Positions 36,465-42,748 of a stretch of 42,748 nucleotides of DNA are shown piece by piece. The number at the start of each line of letters is the position of its first letter. Positions within the stretch are counted from its first letter, which is position 1. A model generated the notes under the pieces. It saw only the letters and a program-made list of their open reading frames with translations, ran no database searches and was not told the origin of the DNA. The translations under genes were made by a program, and so were the position numbers. Origin of the DNA: a virus (taxonomy: Duplodnaviria > Heunggongvirae > Uroviricota > Caudoviricetes); the IMG/VR virus record IMGVR_UViG_2695420651_000024. One strand, written 5' to 3'.

Positions 36465-36680
36465 ATGTCATTTAAATACCGGGACAATCCACTTTATTAC
36501 AGGGCTGCAAGGGAGGCTTTGCGACTTGAACAATCCGGCGAATATGACCGGGCAGCGAAGGTCTGGGCAAAAGCCAACCGCGAATCACATCACGAACTGA
36601 ATCAGGAATGGAGTGAACGCAGATCTGATTTTTGCCTGATGCAGAATATGCGTGAAAAGCGTAAGGCGGTCGAAGAATGA
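36465..36680 (+). CDS. Small hypothetical protein (71 aa)
   Basis: ORF only. Confidence 0.35.
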   Translation: MSFKYRDNPLYYRAAREALRLEQSGEYDRAAKVWAKANRESHHELNQEWSERRSDFCLMQNMREKRKAVEE

Positions 36681-36976
36681 TCGTTTACGTTGCCGGGCCG
36701 ATGAGCGGTTACGAGCAATTTAACCGCCCGGCCTTTCATTCCGCAGCAAAGAGGCTAACGGACAAGGGATATGTTGTGCTTAACCCCGCAACTTTACCCG
36801 ATGGTTTGACACAGGCTCAGTACATGGACATCTGCCTCGCAATGCTTCGCTGTGCCGATACGATTTATATGCTCAAAGAGTGGGAGTACTCTGCCGGCGC
36901 ACGTGCAGAAAACGCGTTGGCAGAGAAACTGGTATTGAATGTGCTTTTTGAAGAGTGGGATTCAGATGGCCTATGA
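36677..36976 (+). CDS. DUF4406-like protein (nucleoside deoxyribosyltransferase-like fold)
   Basis: 99 aa; MIVYVAGPMSGYEQFNRPAFH... N-terminus typical of this family, from memory. Confidence 0.5.
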   Translation: MIVYVAGPMSGYEQFNRPAFHSAAKRLTDKGYVVLNPATLPDGLTQAQYMDICLAMLRCADTIYMLKEWEYSAGARAENALAEKLVLNVLFEEWDSDGL

Positions 36977-37259
36977 ACGTGAAAGCCTTATCGAAAAGCA
37001 CCTCGTCGCTGAAGTGAAAAAAGCTGGCGGAGTGGCCTTTAAGTTTATATCTCCCGGTCGCCGCTCGGTACCAGATCGCATTGTTCTGCTACCCGGTGGT
37101 CGTATCGTTTTCGTTGAATGTAAAGCACCCGGCAAGCCACCACGCGCCGGCCAACTGCGTGAACACGGACGACTGCGCGCGCTGGGCTTTACCGTAGTGG
37201 TGCTGGATAGCAAAAATCTGGAGGGGATATTGTGCGGGGAGCCTATTACAACGAAATAG
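36966..37259 (+). CDS. VRR-NUC domain nuclease
   Basis: Start at internal ATG (MAYERESLIEKHLVAEVKKAGG...); ...RIVFVECKAPGKPPRAGQ matches the VRR-NUC D...E.K core. Confidence 0.65.
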   Translation: MAYERESLIEKHLVAEVKKAGGVAFKFISPGRRSVPDRIVLLPGGRIVFVECKAPGKPPRAGQLREHGRLRALGFTVVVLDSKNLEGILCGEPITTK

Positions 37260-38245
37260 ACCCTAACGCAGCACAATGGCTGCGTAACCTTATTGCTGCG
37301 GGTCATATCGCCCCGGGTGAAGTTGATGAAAGGAGTATCGAAGATGTCGCACCAGACGACTTGCGCGGATTCACACAGTGCCATTTCTTCGCCGGGATCG
37401 GCGTCTGGTCTTATGCTCTGCGTCTGGCCGGATGGCCGGATAACAAACCGGTCTGGACAGGAAGTTGCCCGTGCCAGCCTTTCAGCTCGGCTGGTAAAGG
37501 CGCTGGATTTGATGACGAGCGGCACCTATGGCCAGCGCTATTCCACCTCATCAGCGAGCGACGCCCTGAGCTGGTATTTGGCGAACAGGTTGCGGGAGTC
37601 AATGCCTGGTTCGATCTTGTACAAACTGACGTGGAAGCAGTGGACTACGCCTTTGGGCTTGTCCCGTTTCCGGCTGCGGGCGTCGGTGCCCCGCATATCC
37701 GAGATAGAGCGTATTGGGTGGCCGATGCCAGCGGCGAGCGACCACAGCGGTGGCGAAAGCGCCTCAATAGCATTGAGGAAGATGTCTGGAGATCGTCGAC
37801 CGTCCGGCAACACGCTACACAGCTCCCTGCGGGATTTTGCTCACCTGGCGGGGTGGTACACCCCAACCTGCAACACAAACCCACAGCCGGAGACAAAACG
37901 CGGTCTAGAAACCTTAGCGGGGCTATCCAGATTAGCGGGATGGCCGACAGTGACGACGGTCGACAACAACAAAGTTCGTGGCGAGGGCGCAGCGGCCAAT
38001 CATACCAAACGGGGAACGACCCTCGGCGGCCCAATACGATTAACAGCTGCTGGGATGATGCTGACTGGCTCCTCTGCCGGGATGGTCGCTGGCGGCCAGT
38101 TGAATCCGGCACATTCCCGTTGGCTCATGGGATTACCTCCAGAGTGGGACGACTGCGCGCCTACGGCAACGCGATAGTCGCACCAGCTGCCGCAACATTC
38201 ATCCGCTCGTTTATGGAATGCACAGGATACGACCTCATCTGTTGA
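37232..38245 (+). CDS. DNA (cytosine-5)-methyltransferase
   Basis: GTG start with GGAGG RBS; motif I FAGIGV, motif [15 protein letters not shown]-like [12 protein letters not shown], and C-terminal YGNAIV. A second frame (37293..38177) is also fully open; see findings. Confidence 0.7.
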   Translation: MRGAYYNEIDPNAAQWLRNLIAAGHIAPGEVDERSIEDVAPDDLRGFTQCHFFAGIGVWSYALRLAGWPDNKPVWTGSCPCQPFSSAGKGAGFDDERHLWPALFHLISERRPELVFGEQVAGVNAWFDLVQTDVEAVDYAFGLVPFPAAGVGAPHIRDRAYWVADASGERPQRWRKRLNSIEEDVWRSSTVRQHATQLPAGFCSPGGVVHPNLQHKPTAGDKTRSRNLSGAIQISGMADSDDGRQQQSSWRGRSGQSYQTGNDPRRPNTINSCWDDADWLLCRDGRWRPVESGTFPLAHGITSRVGRLRAYGNAIVAPAAATFIRSFMECTGYDLIC

Positions 38246-38247
38246 TA

Positions 38248-39177
38248 TTATGGGTTAGGTAATGCACGATTATTAAAATTATCAATAATTTGCAACGCCG
38301 CCGTTTGTCCGCCAGCCAATAGCCCTGCTTTACTCAGAAGGTATTTAGGGAATTTGGTTGGTAAATAAACCGCACGAAGCCAGTGCCTGAATACAGCTAA
38401 AGCATTATCAGGGTATGCATAGACCATTTGGGGATTACTTGCGGATTGGTTGAATTCTTCAGGGTAATAGTGCTGGCAGCGTTGTCTTGGGCCAATCGTC
38501 GCATCGTAGTTGGAAGAAGACCAGTAGCGAGCCCAGTGCTGGCCCACACTGATATCCGGTACAGTGTACTGGTTTACTGCTAATCCAGCATGGATGAGGT
38601 CTACCATTAAACCAGCAATTTCATTGAATACAATGAAGTGTCCAGCAGGAACCGAGTTTGCCCCATGCATGATTGACACACGAGAGTGGTAATGACGCCA
38701 AGGGTCATCAGGTATGTAGCCAAGCGCTGTATAGATGTAACCACGCATACCCGCACGGGATAGCTCGCGGAAAAACTGTAGCGCAGTAGGAGTTGCAGCA
38801 CTTTGAGATACAAATGCGTAGAACTCCAGAATAGCCATACAGACTACTTCTGGGTACGCATAATGGACTGACCCATCTTTGTTGATTGGGATATAAAGAG
38901 TCGGCTCATTATATTGCTCACGCTGTAAATATGAGCTGATAAACTCCATACGCCCTCGAGCGAAAACTCCGTGGCGGAAGCTCTCTTCCCACTCTCGAGA
39001 AATATCCGCGATATTACTGCGATGCACCCCGCAAATCCTAGCCAGCCCATTTTGCGTAAGGTAGGAGATCCCGTTCTGAAGAACCCCCATTTCTATTTCG
39101 TTAAAAACCCCCTCAGTACTAACACCTAAGTCCAGTACTTGTTGGGGTGCGGGTTGCTGACCACCAAATTCACTCAT
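38248..39177 (-). CDS. Hypothetical protein with N-terminal HTH-like segment, opposite strand to the early operon
   Basis: 309 aa; NGISYLTQNGLARICGVHRSNIADISREW looks like a DNA-binding helix-turn-helix; convergent with the MTase gene and divergent from the SNF2 gene. Confidence 0.45.
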   Translation of the reverse strand: MSEFGGQQPAPQQVLDLGVSTEGVFNEIEMGVLQNGISYLTQNGLARICGVHRSNIADISREWEESFRHGVFARGRMEFISSYLQREQYNEPTLYIPINKDGSVHYAYPEVVCMAILEFYAFVSQSAATPTALQFFRELSRAGMRGYIYTALGYIPDDPWRHYHSRVSIMHGANSVPAGHFIVFNEIAGLMVDLIHAGLAVNQYTVPDISVGQHWARYWSSSNYDATIGPRQRCQHYYPEEFNQSASNPQMVYAYPDNALAVFRHWLRAVYLPTKFPKYLLSKAGLLAGGQTAALQIIDNFNNRALPNP

Positions 39178-39287
39178 TTTATTGTTTATCCTTACATTTA
39201 ACCCTGTGGGTTACCTTCGCTGTGAATAGTAAAAATTGCCAGGCCAACTGGTGCGACCTCTAACTAGCAAAAATTTGCGAGATTATA

Positions 39288-40682
39288 ATGCCTCAAAACT
39301 TTATCCCTCGCCCCTACCAAGATCTCATTATCAACCACGAAATCGACATCATGCGCTGCAACATCTGGGCAGGTATGGGAATGGGTAAAACCGTAGCGAC
39401 ACTCACCACGCTGGAAGATCTTTTCATGGCTGGAGCAGAAACACGCCCCGCGCTGGTCCTCGCGCCGCTACGCGTTGCAGCAAGCACCTGGCCTGATGAA
39501 GCTGTTAAATGGGGGCATCTGCGTAATATTGAGGTGCAGCCGATTGTTGGTAACGCCAAAGCGCGCTCTGCAGCGCTGGCGAACAGCAACGCAAGCGTGT
39601 TCACCATCAACTACGATAACCTTGTCTGGCTGGTTGAGGAATTGGGAGAACGATGGCCGTTCGGTACTGTCATTCCAGATGAAAGCACCCAGCTAAAATC
39701 CTTCCGGCTGCGAGGTGGTGGTAAGCGCGCGGCGGCGCTGGGCAAAGTGGCGCATAAGTATGTCCGGCGCTGGATAAATCTCACCGGTACGCCAGCACCG
39801 AACGGCCTGGTAGATTTGTGGGGACAAGCGTGGTTTGTGGACCAGGGGCAACGTCTCGGACGCACTTACGGCGCGTTTACCTCACGCTGGTTCAACTCGA
39901 TACAGTTTCCGGGGCAGAGCTGGACCAAACTGGAGCCGTTTGCTCACTCACAGGGTGAAATACAGCGAGCGTTAGCCGATGTGACCCTATCGCTGGATGC
40001 GGCCGACTGGTTCGATATCAAAGACCCCATCCATAACGTAATCCGCGTGGATATGCCGCCGAAGGCCCGTCAGCAGTATCGTGAAATGGAAAAGGAAATG
40101 TTCCTCGAGCTGAATGGCGAAGGCATCGAAGCACCAAACGCCGCGGCAAAGACACTGAAGTGTCTGCAAATCGCCAGTGGCGCAGTATACACAGACGACA
40201 CCGGAAGTTGGTCAGAACTGCATGACACCAAACTGCAGGCGCTGGACAGCATACTGACCGAAGCAGCTGGCGCACCTGTGCTGGTTGCTTATCACTGGAA
40301 ACACGATCTTGAACGCTTGCTTAAAGCATTCCCTCGCGGTCGTCACCTCGACCAAGATCCACAGACACTGCGCGACTGGAATTCCGGAAAGATTCCTGTT
40401 CTCTTTGCACACCCAGCCAGCGCGGGCCACGGTCTGAACATGCAGGACGGCGGAAACATACTGGTATTTTTCTCACACTGGTGGGACCTGGAGCAGTATC
40501 AGCAAATTATTGAACGTATCGGCCCCACCAGGCAGATACAGGCCGGACACAATCGTCCGGTATTTATTCACCACATTATTGCGGCCGACACTATGGACGA
40601 AATGGTGATGGAGCGGCGCAACTCAAAACGAACAGTGCAGGACATCCTGCTCGATGCCATGAAAAAGAGAGGTATAGCATGA
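39288..40682 (+). CDS. SNF2-family DNA helicase/translocase
   Basis: 464 aa; Walker A GMGMGKT, DExx box (VIPDEST), and helicase C-terminal motifs. Confidence 0.75.
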   Translation: MPQNFIPRPYQDLIINHEIDIMRCNIWAGMGMGKTVATLTTLEDLFMAGAETRPALVLAPLRVAASTWPDEAVKWGHLRNIEVQPIVGNAKARSAALANSNASVFTINYDNLVWLVEELGERWPFGTVIPDESTQLKSFRLRGGGKRAAALGKVAHKYVRRWINLTGTPAPNGLVDLWGQAWFVDQGQRLGRTYGAFTSRWFNSIQFPGQSWTKLEPFAHSQGEIQRALADVTLSLDAADWFDIKDPIHNVIRVDMPPKARQQYREMEKEMFLELNGEGIEAPNAAAKTLKCLQIASGAVYTDDTGSWSELHDTKLQALDSILTEAAGAPVLVAYHWKHDLERLLKAFPRGRHLDQDPQTLRDWNSGKIPVLFAHPASAGHGLNMQDGGNILVFFSHWWDLEQYQQIIERIGPTRQIQAGHNRPVFIHHIIAADTMDEMVMERRNSKRTVQDILLDAMKKRGIA

Positions 40683-40879
40683 GCGAGAAACCCGACGATT
40701 TACTCACCCCAGATGAAGTATGCCAAAAGTTAGGTATTACACAGAAAACGCTATGTGAGTGGAATATTAAGCATCGTCATCGGGCTATCCTGGCACCAAT
40801 TCGTTTCAGTGCAAAAGTAGTTCGTTATGAGCGCCGAAATGTCGACGCTTTTATTCAAAAGTGTCGCAGCCAGTATTAA
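40679..40879 (+). CDS. xis: Excisionase/AlpA-like HTH protein
   Basis: 66 aa; LTPDEVCQKLGITQKTLCEW; start overlaps the SNF2 stop; adjacent and convergent to the integrase. Confidence 0.55.
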   Translation: MSEKPDDLLTPDEVCQKLGITQKTLCEWNIKHRHRAILAPIRFSAKVVRYERRNVDAFIQKCRSQY

Positions 40880-42279
40880 CCTCGCCGCCGTAGCAATGCA
40901 ACCTGCGCAAGTATGCTCCGCTCGTGAGCCTCGAAAGCTTCGCGCTTTAACGCAATCTCTTCCTGTAAAATCTCATCAGAAAAGTCGTAATGTTCTGCCA
41001 TCGGGTCATCTGACTTGCTGGAGTGGTGAAGGCAAAGGAGGCTGATTTCCCTTCGGTCTGATCGGGAATAGCCTCTTTCCTTCATCAAGGCAATAACATT
41101 GCTCTTAAGGAATTTACGGCACATCGTATTAAATGCACCGTCTTTCCCTTTAACAGTCCCATCATGTTTTATTCCTTTTACAGCCCCGTCCGGGCTGTAT
41201 GTTTTCACCAGCTTATCCAGTGATCGTTTTGAAAATGGCTGCATTGGATCACGTGGCTGCAAAAATACATAATCCCTGTTGCACTCAGGAACTGAATCAC
41301 GCCAGGCTTTCTGCTCGTCGATAATCCGCCGAATCTCAGGCGTTATCGGCAGGCGGAAAGCCTTTTGTGTTTTCATAGCCCCTCGCATGCCGATAACCCC
41401 TTCCGGATAAACAATTTCACCAGCCTCCTCGTGAACGTAGTCCCAGCGCAGGTTATGGACATTAATCGGACGAACGCCAGTGATGATCATGAAGCGAACA
41501 GCATTCTTCTGGTGTACAGAGGTGCAGGCAGCAACATTGAGCCAGAGTCGGGCGATTGATTCAATATCGGTAAAAAGCCGTGTGGGGGTAGGTTTCTGTA
41601 CGCGGGAGGAAACATAATCATCTGGCAGACTGGCGGCAACATTGCGGCCGTTGCAAAGAGTAGGTGCGCAGAACTTCCAGAACCGACGGAGCTCGGCAAA
41701 CAACTCCAGGGCGTTATTGTTCGAGCGAGTGGCGATCCACTCGTCCAGCACTTCCACCAGCCGATTGTATGTTACGTCGCTGAACACCTCACGCTCGCCG
41801 AACGTTGCTTTAATCCGGTCGATACGCACCCCGTAGGTTGTGAAACTGTCCGGGCTCAGCTTCTGCCGGGCGACTTTGGCTTTGAGGTCATCCCGGTACA
41901 TTTCCAGCGCTGCATGTACTGACTCTGCCCGCAAGCCACAGTCAGCCATACCTAGCGCTTTTTCGCGCGCCAGCTGGATAGCGAGCTCCGGCCACTCGCC
42001 GAGCTTTTTACCCTTGAGGCCCATCTTTTTTGGAAACTCGGCGTAAAATGTAACCTTACCGGCTTTGCTGAAATCGATACGGAGATAGTTCTCTTTTTCG
42101 TATTTGGAACGGCGAGCCACGCCGGAAGCAGCGAGGATGATTTTGGCGGCAGCAACACAGATTTTCATGTGTGCGCTGGTATAGGGGGGTTTACAGGCGT
42201 CCCATTTTTCAGATGCGGCTAAAACATCGTCATTATTGGGGCTATCCGGATTATGTGTTACAGTGCGCGGCATTCTCAA
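40876..42279 (-). CDS. int: Tyrosine-type phage integrase
   Basis: 467-aa track ORF (real start may be an internal Met near 42168); C-terminal catalytic-region-like sequence; terminal position next to a host gene. Confidence 0.75.
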   Translation of the reverse strand: MRMPRTVTHNPDSPNNDDVLAASEKWDACKPPYTSAHMKICVAAAKIILAASGVARRSKYEKENYLRIDFSKAGKVTFYAEFPKKMGLKGKKLGEWPELAIQLAREKALGMADCGLRAESVHAALEMYRDDLKAKVARQKLSPDSFTTYGVRIDRIKATFGEREVFSDVTYNRLVEVLDEWIATRSNNNALELFAELRRFWKFCAPTLCNGRNVAASLPDDYVSSRVQKPTPTRLFTDIESIARLWLNVAACTSVHQKNAVRFMIITGVRPINVHNLRWDYVHEEAGEIVYPEGVIGMRGAMKTQKAFRLPITPEIRRIIDEQKAWRDSVPECNRDYVFLQPRDPMQPFSKRSLDKLVKTYSPDGAVKGIKHDGTVKGKDGAFNTMCRKFLKSNVIALMKERGYSRSDRREISLLCLHHSSKSDDPMAEHYDFSDEILQEEIALKREAFEAHERSILAQVALLRRRG

Positions 42280-42478
42280 TCCTTATCTGCGTAGGCGCAG
42301 AAAACAAGCTCACACATACAAGTCTTTTCTACGGGACAAAATGCAATGTGTTGCGGTTTTGTGTTGCTGGACTGAGTTTATCAAGGTTAAATACACTGGA
42401 TCAACATACAGTAAGTTAATGACAGTAAAGCATACAAACTCGATACAACTTACTGATTTTAAAATGATTTAACGGTAA

Positions 42479-42748
<270 letters not shown>

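Overview
This 42.7-kb window is almost entirely prophage DNA in an enterobacterial chromosome; the host gene at the right edge is a yfhL-type 4Fe-4S ferredoxin (42488..42748). Read right to left on the minus strand there is a complete late region with lambdoid regulation and myovirus-type structure: Cro-like HTH, primase-helicase whose C-terminus overlaps an iteron cluster (putative origin), Q-like antiterminator, holin / lambda R-like endolysin / Rz with embedded Rz1, small and large terminase, a portal gene interrupted by an in-frame amber codon, MuF-like head protein, capsid genes, sheath and tube, a tail chaperone with a candidate -1 frameshift extension, tape measure, a Mu gp44-48-like baseplate module and a tail-collar fibre gene. 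On the plus strand a CI-like repressor faces the Cro-like gene, and an early operon (DUF2800 nuclease, DUF2815 protein, family-A DNA polymerase, VRR-NUC, C5 cytosine methyltransferase, SNF2 helicase, Xis/AlpA-like) runs toward a tyrosine integrase next to yfhL. The left 2.4 kb is an e14/Mu-G-like Pin-invertible tail-fibre cassette (tfa, tfa', promoterless alternative fibre tip, 26-bp crossover site) whose invertase carries a frameshift. Things worth a second look: several low-GC inserts encoding membrane or secreted proteins of unknown function (after the tail fibre, inside the baseplate operon, inside the early operon), a zinc-ribbon gene beside cI that is overlaid by a near-consensus antisense promoter, and a >=332-bp perfect inverted repeat shared by two convergent tail-fibre genes. 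All calls rest on reading the sequence and the ORF track by eye; no database search was run.
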